A stretch of DNA of 64,000 bases, from contig JAGFMF010011926.1 in assembly GCA_019455555.1 (NCBI GenBank), positions 968,990-1,032,989 on the forward strand. The letters run 5' to 3'. The stretch is from Galemys pyrenaicus (lineage: Eukaryota). A program made the position numbers and the translations under genes. Positions 1-12,939 of this stretch are shown here, one piece after another. The notes below the pieces were generated by a model. It searched no databases. It was not told the DNA's origin and worked only from the letters and a program-made list of their open reading frames with translations. The number at the start of each line of letters is the position of its first letter. The first letter of the stretch is position 1.

Positions 1-532
1 GAGGACACAAGCTTCTTCATGGTGAGAGAACTCTATCTCAAAGCAGTAAGGTTACCTAGTGCCGTAGTGGGAGGGATAAAAATGTGTACATGGAGTGGGA
101 AAACCAATTATTACAACAAAGAACTCTGTATAATTCATTAATGATGTGAGGGATGAGGGTAAATGGTGAAGGACGAGAGGGAATTACCTGCATTTAAACT
201 AATGTGATTGATGAATGCCTCTTGCTCTACCCTTCAAAGGCAGAAACCAGGACTCTGGGTCATTCTTCACAGAAGGCAGGAGTGGAAGGCCTTACCAGTG
301 TGGAAGAAATGCCATAGTAGGAAAGTGTGGTCCACATGATCACAAGAGGGTTCCTTTGGGGACAGCTGTAACAGGGTCCTGGGAACAAAAGTTGGATCAT
401 TAGTAGAGAGAAAAAAGGGGAAACAAGAGTATGCTCTGTGCCTGGATACCTCTCTGATCTTGAGGTTCCCAGAGATACTGCTCTAGGTCAGTACCCCAGT
501 GACTGATGAGAAGATAGAAAATATGCAAAGAA

Positions 533-795
533 GGGCATCCCTGGTGGCCCAGGGGTTAAGGTCTCAGTGCTGTCAAGCTATTGCCAGCCACTGCAGCACG
601 AGTTCAATCCCAGCCAGGGAGGTGTCCCACATGGCACAGCAGACCTCTCCTGTCTTGCCCACTGTTTCCCTCACCAGTGTATCTCAGTTGACCCCCCTGT
701 TCTTCCCTCACTTTGTCTTTGGTGAATCCTCTCCCTGCACCTCTGGCCTACACCCAGTTCTTGTATGCATAAATAAATAAATACCTTTTAAAAAG
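533..795 (+). mobile_element. tRNA-derived SINE copy (head gggcatccctggtggcccaggggttaag..., tail ...gtatgcataaataaataaatacctttt)
   Basis: Shares head, CT-rich core (ctgctcccctcagcagtg...tctggtgaatcctctcac) and AATAAA-containing tail with 9 other copies in the window. Confidence 0.8.
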
Positions 796-3381
796 AAAAT
801 ATACCAAAGAGACTGCTCTCTGTACCATATCATCACGGGCTGTATTTTCCAAGAAAATGCTTCCTATGTAAATGAGAAAAGATGGGTTTTCAAAAGCACC
901 TCCAGGGTTCCTTTCACTCAGCCAGTATCATTATTCTCTACCCAGTTTAGTGTCTGTAACTGAGGTTTGTCTGAATGAGGAATTTTGTAGACTAGTCAGG
1001 TCCAGGAGTGTATAGGACCCTGTAGGAGCTGGTGATCAACTTGTAAATGATTTACAGAATTAGAAGTCAAGGGATCTTTCCTGAGAAGATTTGGGTTAAT
1101 ATGGCCCTCTGCTTCAAGGGGAGGTGACCTTCAGAGGTACTCATTCCCTTTACTTCATTTCTCAGCCAGCTTTCACTGTCTCACATTGGTACCCAAAGAA
1201 GTCAGTGGTTTACTGACTGGGGTAGGTGAGGTAGAGTATCCCCAGCAGGTAGTTGAAAAAGGAGGATCAGGAAGAGGACAATAAGGTCCTTTTCCCCTTC
1301 TGCCTCCCTCAGAGGTACTGTTGGACAACTTCTTTGGAGTGAAGTTCTCTCTCTACTTAGATGCCAACCTTCGGGAATCCTGAGCTCCAAAAAGTTACCA
1401 CAACTCAGCCAAAGTGCGCCCCAGCCTTGCCAGACCTGGTCTCTGAATTCTCCCAATCTTCTTGGGACTGTAGCTCCAGGCAAGGCTCCTCTACAGAGTG
1501 GAAGCAGTGCCATCCCCTGGCTGAGTGAACACAAAAAGGCTAAAATGCCAAGGCCCCTCCGCAGCCAGCTCAATACCAGAAGGATGCTAGTAGACCTGGA
1601 GGTGCTTTGAGGGGAGCTTGGTGCCAGGACTCTAGTGGTCATTGGGTGATAGCCTAGAACAGCAGGTTTTATTCTAACTTCAGGGTCACTGGGGCCTGAG
1701 TTACACCTGCAGGAGCCACAGAGAGCCTCCAGAAGACAGTGGGTGCAGTGGGAACCATTGCAGGGCCAAGGAATTGGCATAGAATTAGTAGTGGGCTCCA
1801 GTGTTCTTGTGATTTTTCAGCAGATGCTGAACCCCAGGTTTGTCTCCTCTAGATGGTAGTTCCTCCTCTTGGCTGTGGGTCCTTAAGGTGCTGGATGAGT
1901 TGTCTCCCTACAGGGAAGCCATGTGAGGAAACTAATGTCTGGGCCAAGAGTGAGAGAGCAGAGGCTGGTTACTATCACCTTTTTTGCTGGCCAGAACAAC
2001 CTCAGGCTGCTTCTTTGTTTCCTACCTTTTGGGTTGTGCAGCCATGAACTGGGCTCCCCCAAGGTAGCTCCCACAACTGAATACTCCCCAGGGTTGGCAG
2101 GGATACCCAAGTGACTAGTGGAGAGTTGGGAACAGTCAAAAGTCAGAGAGGATGCTGTGTAGAGCAACCCACCTTCCCCCCACAGGAGAGCCACTCCTAT
2201 CAGAGTGGAAATAGCCCTGTCGTGTCCCGTCAACTTACTCATCCAGAACCAGCCTTTTTTGTAGACCTCCAGGGACTCCACCTCCAGTAGCCCTTGGCCT
2301 GTTCTTCTTACCTCCCCACCTCTCTCCCTGCCCCCATGGTATACCAGGAATTGAAGCAAAAAGTAGAGGGAGTGGTTGTTGATATCCTGCCTAGGTGAGA
2401 ATGCTCCAGCACATCCAATCTGGGACTCTAATCCTTGAAACAGTGGAGATCAACCTCCACATTCCAACCGTCCGGTCTCCATCCCATCGACCTGGGTGGT
2501 CGACACTTTCTGAAAATATAGGATTGGTTCTGGCTATCTCACCAAACCCATTTCAGGGGCAGGGAGGAAACCCTGGTTGGAGATGGGTCACCTAGAGACG
2601 GATGCCCTGCCTCCTGTCCATGGGTGGATCCAATCAGGTAATTGCGTTTCATGTCAGTACTGTTCGCACCTGGGTCTTAGCTTTATCTTGCACAGAAAAA
2701 TCAACAAAGCCCCAGACTGACAAAAACAGCCACCTCACTCTTCTGGCCTCATGTTTGCCCAGTCTGCCCCCTCCTGTCAGGTCTGGTGAACTCAGCCCTT
2801 CCCACCTGGCTCTCTCCGCTGGCTCCCAGTATCCTCCTTGGCTTCCAGATTTGTCTCGCTCAGCACCAAAACATGACCTACAGGTGGAGGGCGGGGGTTA
2901 AGGAGGAGGTCATTTGGGGACAGGGTCCACGAGATTGGGTGTCAGAGTTAGAGCACCCGAAGCCCAGCCCCTAGTCCACTAGGGTCTGCTATAATTAGCC
3001 AGATGCTGCCTCTGACTGGGAGGCAGGGCAAAGTGCCCTCTGCCATCTGATCAGAAGTAAAGCAGGCTCAAGTGAGAACGCAAGGGAAACGCTGGTGTCT
3101 CGGGAGGGTGATTATCCGGATGGGGGCAAGGTGGGCAGGAGGTACCATCCGGGGTACTGGATCTTACCTATGCTTTGCTACACTGGGTGAACCCCATAGC
3201 TTACCTGCTAGAGCCCTGGGACATAGCGGGGCTTGGCTGTGAAGAGGGGGCTTTGAAGTAGGGAGGAGAACTAACATTTTACTGGGCCAGAGGCTGGGGT
3301 TCTTTTGGCCACTCCAGGTCCACCTCTGACTGTGTCTTCTCTTTCCTCTGCACATCTCCAACAATCCAGTGAACCTGGGCC

Positions 3382-4123
3382 ATGAGTGTCTCCAACTCCT
3401 TACCAACTCTTTCGGACTCCAGGCGCGTGTCCCTTGCAGTCCAGAAGGACAGCCTTGGCCTCCCTTTATCAGTCCGGAGAACCCCCTCCTGGCCTCCATC
3501 CCCAGAAGAGGATCCGGGTTTGCCCCCTTTTCCCCTGGAAAAGTGTGGTCTCAGGCCCATGGCCCCAGGGAACCTTCCCTCTCCAACCTTGTCCCTAGAG
3601 GAAGAAGAGCAGGACGGTGACCTGGCTGTGGAGCCTGAGGGGCTACGCAGTGAGGAGCACCCTATCCAGTTTTTCTCCGAGGCACAGAGGCTGCGGGAGC
3701 AAAAGCTGTTGCTGGATGAAGAGGTGTCAGTCGGCGGGCGAGTATACGGTGTGCATCGGGTAATCTTGGCCGCAGTTAGCAGCGTCTTCAGAGCCAGGCT
3801 GCTGGGCGGCGGAGGTTCACCAACCCCGTTCAACCTAGATGTGGCCTCCAGGGGCTGGGAGGCCGTGCTAACCTTTGCTTATGAGGGGGTGCTGGGCCGC
3901 GTCCCTAGGGCGGATGTGCTGGCTGCGGCTGAGACTCTGGGAGCTCCACGGGTGAAGGTCTCAGCCCAGAGGAGACACGATGGACTTGGAAGCACCCAGG
4001 AAGATGAAATGCAATCCAGCCAGGCGGACGAGCTGAGGAAGAATCTGCGCAGCATTGAGCTTCTATACCAAGAGGGCATTGGGTGTGATCTGGACCTGGA
4101 AGCAGACGGCTGCCGGCTGCAGG
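3382..4123 (+). CDS. KLHL33: KLHL33 coding exon 1 (BTB region). Longest-ORF ATG is at 3382; an alternative ATG at 3559 (MAPGNLPSP) is plausible.
   Basis: ORF MSVSNSLPT...HPIQFFSEAQRLREQKLLLDEEVSVGGRVYGVHRVILAAVSSVF (BTB) ...DLEADGCRLQ; donor G|GTGAGG at 4124; phase 1. Confidence 0.7.
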
Positions 4124-4954
4124 GTGAGGGCCTATGGGGCATTACATTACTGCAGGTGCTTGGGCCACGAGAATGTGTGTGCAAGCAGAGTTCTACCATA
4201 GTGGTTTTGATCCCTGCTGCAACCCGAATCTCCCTGGGGTGGTCTTTGGTGTTTCTCCTGGTGCAGAGAGCCGGGCATGCGCAACTGGGTTGTTTTCAGT
4301 CTCCCTGGCAGACTGACAGATTTATAAATTGACCCTCAGCGCTCTAGCTTTTCCTGTGCCCAGTAACAAGGAATTTCTAGCCAGCTGGCTGGAGCTCAGG
4401 ACACAGTTCATGCCAGCAGAACTAGTGATTGACTCAAACAGGGATTAACCAAAAGTCCTTGGCATCTTCCCTTTGGAACAGAGGTGTGTCCTTTCACCCA
4501 AGTATGCATGGCACCTCAGGCGCAGGCGCAAGTCCTATAGCCATGAGAAAAGTCAGTATTGTTTTGCCGAAATCTTAAGGTTACCAGGTCATGACATTTT
4601 GAAGTCAATTCTGCTCATCACTAGGAAAGCAAAAGAGGGCTGAATCAGTTGAGTTTTATTCAGGTCCTATTAATTTAGGTCCCAGGAATTTTTTACACAT
4701 AACTTTTTTTTTTCAATTCCCACCAAGAACTGATGAGGTGTGTGCAGATAAAGGACATTAAACTAGGAGATGTTAACGGATGAGAACCAGGACACAAGCC
4801 CATGTCCCCCATCAAGTCTGCTCTCAGTGGGCTGTGTGTTGATTGCCTCTTCTGCAGCCATACCAAAGAACACAGGACCTGAAAATGGACTCAGAACATA
4901 GACACATACAAGTTTAAAATTAGAGATTAGTTTAGAGACTATCTATTTCAACTC

Positions 4955-5222
4955 TTATACTTTTTTTCAAGATCATGCATGCAAGAACTGGGGTAGAGGC
5001 CAGAGGTGCAGGGGGTGAGAGGATCCACCAGAGACAGAGTGAGGAGCAGAACAGGTAGATCGACTGAAATACACTGCTGAGGGGAGCACCAGGTGAGACA
5101 GGAGAGGTCTGCTGTGCCATATGTAGGTTATTTCCCTGGCCAAGGGTCAAACTCAGGCTATGGTGGTGATAGTGTGATAGCTCTGAAACGTAACCCCTAT
5201 GCTGCCAGGGAAGCCCCTGTTC
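4955..5222 (-). mobile_element. tRNA-derived SINE copy, antisense and diverged
   Basis: The reverse complement carries the SINE core ...cagcagtgtatttcagtcgatctacctgttctgctcctcactctgtctctggtggatcctctcaccccctgcacctctggcc... Confidence 0.65.
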
Positions 5223-6176
5223 CCCCCACTCTCCAGCCTCACCCTTATACTTTCTTGATAATCAGACTTCAAGGCATGTCCATAGTCACGTAACTACTGC
5301 TAATTAGAGGAATGACCAGGACCCAACACTTCTGGGATTCTTAGAAGGGACAGCGTCTCGTCGTTGTCAGCCTGGGCTTCTATAACAAAAAGAACATAGA
5401 TGGTGTAGCTTAGCAACAGAAATTATTTTCTGATAGTTCTAGAGGCTGGCAGTCCAAGATGCAGGTGTCCTCACTGTCAGGTGAGAGCAGAAGACTGTCT
5501 TCTAAAGTATCTTCACATGGTGGAGAAAAAGAGATTATCTCTCCTGTCTCTTTTTATAAGAACACTAACCCAATTCACGACAGCTCCACCCCAATGACCT
5601 AATGAGCGCCCCTAAAGGCCCACTTACAAGTTGTATCACATTGGGGATTACAGTGCAATGTATGAATTTTGGGGTGATATGGTATTCAATCTTAGCAGAT
5701 CCCTAAAGGGTTCATTATCATCTGACTGCAGTAGTGCAGGAACAATTTATTATCTCACAGTTATAAATTTCTCACTGGGGTTTAAAATTTAATCAGACTT
5801 TTATTCTGCTTCATTTCCCTAAGAAACATTTGAACTTAATGATGGGAATCTGTCAGTTAAAATTCTAAGGGTTATGATGAATAAGAGGTTGGAATACAAT
5901 TAGTGTGGCCCCTTTTGTAACTGGTTCAGCGCTATGGGTTGACTGAAGCTGTGAGAACTGAGATGGCTGACCTTCTTTGAGGAGTACAGATTTTCTCGGG
6001 TGATCGAGATTTGAAAGCTGCAATTGGGAAGCACTAGTTGCTACCTACTTTCTAACAAGACAATGGAAAGCCATTTCAACGTCATGTGCTGTTGAGAGCA
6101 GTGAACAATGTGTACAATTGGTTATAGCAGCCCGAGGCTCCTAAGCCTCACTGGCCCGTCACATTCTGACACAGCT

Positions 6177-6400
6177 CCTGAGTCACACACAGCTTTGGTT
6201 TTCATCCAGGACCAAACCCAACTTGCTGTGTGAAGGGGAAGAGCAGTGGGTGGGGGAGGAAAGGGTAAGAAACACAAGAGAAGGAGAGAGAATATGAGGG
6301 AGAAAGGGAAGGCTTTATTCATGTAGTATTTGATTCTCACACAGTGCTTTACAGTTCCTAAGCTACTTTTGTATTTGTAACTACCACTCCGGTCTCCTCT
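6177..6400 (+). repeat. Roughly 220-bp segment in KLHL33 intron 1 homologous to the KLHL33 3-prime terminus (8196-8400)
   Basis: aaacccaacttgctgtgtgaagggg...gaaggctttattcatgtagtatttgattctcacacagtgctttacagttcc aligns with aaaccaaacctgctgggtgaagagg...gaaggctttattcacattgtatttgatttcacatagtgccttacaactcc. Confidence 0.75.
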
Positions 6401-6413
6401 GCTTCTCTTGCAG

Positions 6414-7338
6414 TGCACCGAGCAGCCCTGGCCTGTGGCAGCGAGTTCTTTGGTGCCATGCTCCTGAGTGGGATGAGAGAATCTCAGGGCAACAAGGTGT
6501 CCCTTAACACCATCTCTGCCCAGGACCTGCAACTCCTCGTCTCTTTTGCCTACTCCGGGGTTGTGCGGGCAAGGTGGTCAGGACTGCTGAGAGCTGCCCA
6601 GGCTGCTCTGCAGTACCAGAGCTCTTCCTGCCTGGCCCTGTGCCAGAGGGCCTTGGCACGGAGCCTCAGCCCTGCCCGTTGCCTCGCCCTGTTCCCCATG
6701 GCTGAAGCCCCTGGGTTGGAGAGGCTCTGGAGCAAAGCCCGCCATTACCTCCTCACCCACCTGCCTGCTGTGGCTTTGTGCCCCACTTTCCCTTCTTTAC
6801 CTGCCTCCTGCCTGGCTGAGCTACTGGATAGTGATGAGCTACATGTGCAAGAAGAATTTGAGGCCTTTGCAGCTGCCCGGTGTTGGCTAGCTGCCAACCC
6901 CGAGACCCAGGAGTCAGAGGCCAAGGCCCTGCTTCAATGTGTCCGCTTTGGCCGTATGTCCACCAAGGAGCTGCGGAGGGTGCAGGCAGTGGGTTTGCCT
7001 CCACCTCTACCCTCAGACTTGCTCCGTCAGCTGATAGTGGAGTCTGAGGTTCCAGGTCAAGAGCGGCGGAGGGAGCCAGACCAGGCTCTGGTATTGATTG
7101 GCGGGGATGGGCTCAGATCAGACATGGCTGTGAGACAGCCATCCCAAAAAGTGTGGTGGGCCCGGGCCTTTTGCTGCGGCACAGGACTGGTTCGAACTGT
7201 GGAGTGGGGACGGCTGCCCACCCTGCCTTCCCCGGGCCGCTTCAGGCATGGGGCTGCCAGCCTAACAGGAAATGAACTCTATGTGTGTGGGGGACAAGAT
7301 TTCTATAGCAACTGCAGCACCCTGGCCTCAACTCTCAG
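6414..7338 (+). CDS. KLHL33: KLHL33 coding exon 2 (BTB C-terminal part, BACK, first kelch blade)
   Basis: acceptor cttctcttgcag|TG; peptide (V)HRAALACGSEFFGAMLLSGMRESQGNKVSLNTISAQDLQ...ELYVCGGQDFYSNCSTLASTL(R); donor AG|GTATGA. Confidence 0.8.
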
Positions 7339-7434
7339 GTATGAGCCCCTGAGAATGGGCAGCTGAGGGAAATTGCTGGCCCAGCCAACCACAGACTACC
7401 AGGTCACTCTTGTCTTTTCTCCTGCTGTGTCCAG

Positions 7435-7602
7435 GTGGGACCCCAGTCGAGAGGACTGGGAAGATATGGCACCTTTGTGCCAGGCTCGATGCTTTTTCCC
7501 GCTGGTGGCACTGGATGGTCTACTTTATGCCCTCGGTGGACGACACAATGGCATTGCCCTCAACTCTGTGGAGGCCTATGACCCTGAGCTCAATGTCTGG
7601 AG
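7435..7602 (+). CDS. KLHL33: KLHL33 coding exon 3 (kelch repeat)
   Basis: acceptor tgtgtccag|G; peptide WDPSREDWEDMAPLCQARCFFPLVALDGLLYALGGRHNGIALNSVEAYDPELNVW(R); donor AG|GTGAGC. Confidence 0.8.
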
Positions 7603-7697
7603 GTGAGCAAGGAAGGGGCATTGGGGAGACACTAGGGGACCTGAAAGAGGACAGGTGAAGATGACTATTAGCTGATCATGTGTCTGTTCTCCCCTAG

Positions 7698-8235
7698 GTC
7701 AGCGCCTGCACTCCCAATACCATGCTTTGCTCACGCAGCTGCTGTTTTGGAGGGTCAGTTATACGTGAGCGGTGGCTGCGATGGGACTGACCAGTTCATG
7801 GCCTCATTGCTGCACTATGACCCCAAACTTGAGAAACCAGGGACATTTCTGAACCCTATGGGGGTATCTCGGGCCGGTCACGTCATGGCTGCTCTGGGTG
7901 GGCGCTTGTATGTAGCAGGCGGGATAGGTGAATTTGGGGATCTGCTGAGCTTTGAAGCCTATGAACCAAAGACTGGTAGCTGGACTCGTCTGGCACCCCT
8001 GCCTTCCGCCCATGTGGGAGCTGCAGTAGCCGTGCTGGAGGGGGAGCTGCTGGTGCTGGGGGGCTACAGCCATCGCACTTACGCCATCTCCCACCTTATC
8101 CATGCTTACTGTCCTGGCCTGGCCCGCTGGCTGTGCCTTGGGGCTCTGCCACGGCCTCGGGCAGAGATGCCTGCCTGCATCCTGGCACGGCCCCCTGTGC
8201 AGCACACAGGGCATCAAACCAAACCTGCTGGGTGA
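7698..8235 (+). CDS. KLHL33: KLHL33 terminal coding exon (kelch repeats) with TGA stop at 8233-8235
   Basis: acceptor ttctcccctag|G; peptide SAPALPIPCFAHAAAVLEGQLYVSGGCDGTDQF...GGYSHRTYAISHL...HQTKPAG*; total CDS 2373 nt is divisible by 3. Confidence 0.8.
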
Positions 8236-10132
8236 AGAGGAACCTGGACTGGGGACAGGAAGGGATAAGAAACATCACAAGAGAAAGACAGAGAATGGGG
8301 GAGAATAGAGGGTATGGGGAGAAGGGGAAGGCTTTATTCACATTGTATTTGATTTCACATAGTGCCTTACAACTCCTGAACTGTTTTGTATATAGGGCCT
8401 TCATGGAGAAAAAGGTGTTGCAGTGCCTCCGGGAAAAGGATAGAGGGGGAAATGTAAAATCCTAGGTACAGAGAGAGACTCATGAGCAACTCCACAAGGT
8501 TAAGGAACCCCTGACATGATTCTTTGATTCTTTGTGCATCTGTCTGGGAGGATGGTCAAGAAGTTCCAGTAGTTAAGGGGACTGTCCACAAGAAAATAGC
8601 TGCAAAGTGATGATTCCTATAGGGATCAAGGAGAAAAAAATATGAAAAGGCCAACCACAGACGAGTCTGAGGAGTGTGGTGGGGGGACTGTGGTGCTCAA
8701 CCCTTCCCTTCCTTCTCCAGGACTTGCTCCTTCCCACTCTCCGATGGCAGACACACTTCAAGCCCCTTGACAATATTCTTTCCTGGGTAACTTTTAGGCC
8801 CAGTCTAGCGTTTACCTGGCCCAGACACCACAGGAGCCCCTCAGAGCATCTGGGCTCAGCTGAGAGTAGAAGACCAGGGGCTGAGATGCAGGTCACAAGG
8901 TGGGAGTGCTGTATGTGGAGAAGAGGGAGGGGAGAGGGTGGAATAAGTCAGAGCTAACTGGCTCCTTCCTTTCCCTTTGGGGTGAATTGAGGGATCAGGA
9001 GTGAAAACAGGGCAGTTGAGCTGTGAGGTCCAAAGTTGTGAGAGAAAGTGACAGAAAGATGAGTGAGGCAGGGAAGAGTCAGAAAAGTGATGTTTCCCCT
9101 TCCCTTCAAAGTTTTTAAATTCATTCCCCTCTTTCTTGGCCAGAGAAGGTTGATTCAGATGCTTCCTTCTCTCTTCCTCCATCCTACTCTTCCTTTTTTT
9201 CTCCTTGTCTCCTTTCTCCTGCAGTTATTAATTTCCTACTTTGAGCCAGGCACTATTTGAGGCACTAAAGGCGCAAAGGCAGAGAGTTCCTGACCAGCAG
9301 ATAGACATGTAAACAAGTATGAATCTTGCAGTGTACATAGAGGTATGGAGTTCTATGAGAGCCTGGGGGATGGAAGGGTGACCTCTGCCCCAATGGCTTC
9401 TGATAGGGAAATCCTCATCAAATGGGTGAATAGGGAGCCCTGGGGATATTGTACAATAAAGTGAGTATCACAGTAAGTTGAGTCATATGAACTTTTTGGT
9501 TTCCCAGTGCATATGAAAGTTATACTTACACTATTTTGTAGTCTATTAAGCATGTAATAATATTACATATTTAAAAAAAAAAGGTACACATCTTCATTGA
9601 CTATGACACAGACATGAAGTCTGTTGGAAAAACAGCACCAACACAGAGATGACACATCTTCCATTTCTGAAAAATACAATATTTGCCAAAGGCAATGAAC
9701 CGAGGTATGCCTGTGTGAACTGGATCTTGAAGGCTGCCTAGAAACTCGTCCATTAGAAGTAGGAAGGCATTCCAGTTAGAGAAAAGAAGCTGGGGGGGAG
9801 GGGGCAGGGAATGTCCTGTGTGTCCATAGCAAGGGGAAGTCAGTGTCTAGAGGGTGTCCAGAGAAATATGCTAGGGTTGCCAGCCTACCCTCTTCTCTGG
9901 AGGCTTTCTGAATGGCTTACATGTGACAAGTGTATATCCTCTCCCTACCTACTCCCTTAAATCTGGTATTTCCATTTCTGACCCTGGAGCAGCACAGGGC
10001 AAAGAAGTATCAGTTCTTTGTACAGGTCAATTTTCCATTGCCCTTGTTTATTAAGATTCTCCTGTTAAGGTGTGTGGGGGATAAAGGAAACTTCCTTGCA
10101 CCTTCCTTCATCCTGCTCTGGAGTGCTTCACA

Positions 10133-10150
10133 TACACACACACACACATT
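10133..10150. repeat. (CA)n microsatellite
   Basis: cacacacacacacaca. Confidence 0.9.
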
Positions 10151-12939
10151 AGATTTGATTGTTTTATTAAGGTTTTTTCTATATATTTATTTACAGACAT
10201 AATTGAGGAAGGATAATTAGGATATTTAAAAGGTGAGAGAAGAAAGATTGGCGATAGGGATAAAGGAAATGGGATGTATTGAGAAACTGAGGATTCAGTC
10301 TTAAGGGTGAATATGTTCTTTGTGATTTGTGTGCAAAGACAGACTTAAATAAAGGTTTCACCATGATTGAATCATTCCTTGTTTGAGTTTATTGTAAAAA
10401 GCTTTCAAAATCCCCTGTAATTTGGCTTCTATTTCCATTAAACTGCTGAAACCACCTTCCCTCTGCTGTTACCTCTTATGAAATCTAATGATCTAAGGCC
10501 ATTTTCATTTTCCTTCATCTTTCTGCAGGAACTGAACAGCTTGAAAACTGGCTCTTACCCTAAACATTTCTCCTTCCTTGGCACCAGAGAGAGTACACTC
10601 TTGGGTCTGCTCTTCTTTCTTCAATCCAAAGAGGTGGCAGACAGTCAAATCATAGGGTCAGGAGGTGTGTGGCTCCATCCTGGGTGGAGCTGACAGTCAA
10701 GGGTCTGAAAGCATGCAGACGGGATAGTTAGCTGCAGAAGTCTCTAGCTTTCATTATTTAAAGTGAAAATTGAGGATGGAGTGAGAAGAGGCCTCTGAGT
10801 AGAAGCAGACTAATAGTCAAAGGTCTATTCTTCGGTGACTCCCAGAAGAAAAGTGGAGAGAGAATCAGGGACTGGGATGGCAAGTGTTCACAGGAATAGG
10901 AATCCAGAGATTAGGTTATGGTTTAGTGAGCGTGTAGAATCCCATGGCTCTTATCTTTGGTAAATGAGGCAAGGAGTTTTCAACACACCCCTAACACCCC
11001 TAACTCCCCTCACACTCTTCCTTCAATCTCCTTTTTGGGAGAGGGTGGAATCTAATTGCTCCCATCTCTTCAAGATTACTCATGAATTGGATAGGACTGG
11101 GCATGAAGGCTGATGTTTAGTGTCAATAAGTATGCAGGACTCTACGGGTCCTTTATCCCCTAGGCCTAATTCTGGGTTGTATATTTGCATTTACCTTGTT
11201 TTATGCACCTCCTTCAATAAGCTCCCCACCCTCTCCTTTAAGCTTTAATGACTCCTGCTGCTGTGTACTACCAACTAAGTGCTTGCCCATATATCACAAC
11301 GTATGGTGCTTTAAAGTTGGTTAGACTAAATAGAAACACAAACTATGAACCAAACGACAGTTATTCACAAAGGAAAAAAATCATCTGCTGAAACCCCTGG
11401 TCTTAAATTCCCTGGGTGCTCACTCTTCCTTCAGTCCTTTACCAAAAGCCTGCCCTTCCCAGTTCAAAGTCTATTCCCTCCAGGAAGTTAGCTCCCCCAC
11501 ATAACCCTGTCGTTTGCTCCTAGTGGAATAAAGCACATCTCATAATCTGCCTCGTATTTTTGTGAATTCTGCGTGTATCTGTCTCCTTCATGAGATCATG
11601 AAACTTCAGAAGGCATGTTTTATATATTTTACATACTATCTTTCATATTTGATAGATGAATATGATGCTTTTTGAATCAAAGCGGGGAAGGAGAAGTGTT
11701 AAATAAAACACTTCAATAAAAAGGTGAACAAAGAACATACAATGGAGAAAGGAAAGTCTCTAATAAATGGTGTTGGGAAAACTGGACAGCAACATGCAAA
11801 AGAAGTAAATGAAACTAGATAGCCATCTTACACCATATACTAAAATTAATTCAAATTAATTCAAAATGGAAAGAAAATTCTCAGGTCCTATCCCAGACCT
11901 ACTGAATCAGAAATTTTTGAGTTGGGGGTTGTGGTAGTGGTGAGCAAAAGACCTAGTTTTAATCAAGGTGATTCTAGATACAGATGCATAGCCCCAAGTG
12001 CTGACTGCTGTCTTTTTAAACATCCTGCCCAAATATTTCCATATCCAAACACAATATTTTATAATGAATCACCTCCCTTCTACTATTCTTTTGTCTCTTT
12101 AGACAGTTTGTAAATTTTTAAATCGTGCATAGGTAAATTAGATTATTTACAAATTGTTCAGGATTATAAAGGGGACATAAAAATATTTGTTATAAAAAGG
12201 GAGTGTTGGAATGGATGGATGGGGTAGCTGTGAGGGCAGCATAGAAGGAATGAAGGTGGGATCTGACTCAATAAATTGAGAAGATAGGATGCTCCAATTT
12301 GGAGCTGAAGTTCGGTTGTTACCAAAGGGTAAAATGCAACTTCCTAAGTAATGAGATCGTATTTTCCAGAAGATAATCTGTTTACACCAGAGAAACTTAT
12401 TTCTCTTGCTACTCTCTGTTGGCCTTGCTCTTGAAACTGCACTAGCATGACCGTCCTAACCATCACTTGTCTCTTTCCTGAGCCTGATTACACCTTCTGG
12501 GAAACAATACCACGAGAGCCACTCAGGATGGCTTCAGCCACACTCTCTGTAACCCCAGGATGTCTCCTTGACAGAAGGGACGATCACGCTCTCCGTACAC
12601 ACAGCCTTAATGACTCCATATTTATATCTTATTACAATCATCGCTTTAGACTTCGTGTTTCCCTGTTTTCACAATGTAATTTTAGGATGCATCAAAAGTG
12701 CATCTGCTCAGGATACTACCCTCTTCCATCTCCCCCCCGCCGACCCTCCCCACCAAACCAAAACCAAAACCAAACAAAGCACTTGTCCAGATAGGCTACG
12801 AAAACGCTGAAATCTTTTTCGAGAAAGTGTTTTAAAATAGGACAGGTGAAAGGAGAGGAAATATAGTAAAAGAGGGGTATTTGGTGGGGTGGGGAGTTCA
12901 GGAGGAGTTTGAGGAGCTAGAGAAACAGACGACCAAAAA

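Noticed and set aside
499-780. ORFs lying within SINE copies (499-780; 19872-20070; 25226-25486; 26190-26492; 39... 53370-53693; 55611-55977; 57748-58041)
   Set aside because: The same ORF-like frames recur in every SINE copy (for example ...MAQQTSPV...LYPVLVCINK). They are repeat-derived, not genes.
1-3300. Looked for the 3-prime end of OSGEP (expected upstream of KLHL33 by synteny) and for ORFs such as 1202-1780 (minus) and 2602-2901 (plus)
   Set aside because: No peptide with OSGEP/Kae1-like motifs and no convincing splice-flanked exon. The ORFs are low-complexity or proline-rich without homology I recognise. The region is probably intergenic and the 5-prime flank of KLHL33.
3279-4332. 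Antisense and overlapping ORFs around KLHL33 exon 1 (3279-3833 minus; 3164-3499 minus; 3879-4199 minus) and read-through extension of 3382-4332
   Set aside because: They overlap a well-supported sense exon. The antisense frames are typical of GC-rich coding DNA. The read-through beyond 4123 passes a good GTGAGG donor into non-conserved sequence.
8400-12900. Intergenic stretch between KLHL33 and the TEP1 CpG island; checked for additional genes or ncRNAs
   Set aside because: Only short, unrelated ORFs (for example 8676-8957, 9930-10202, 12447-12794), simple repeats and AT-rich DNA. No splice-flanked conserved peptide or structured RNA motif recognised.
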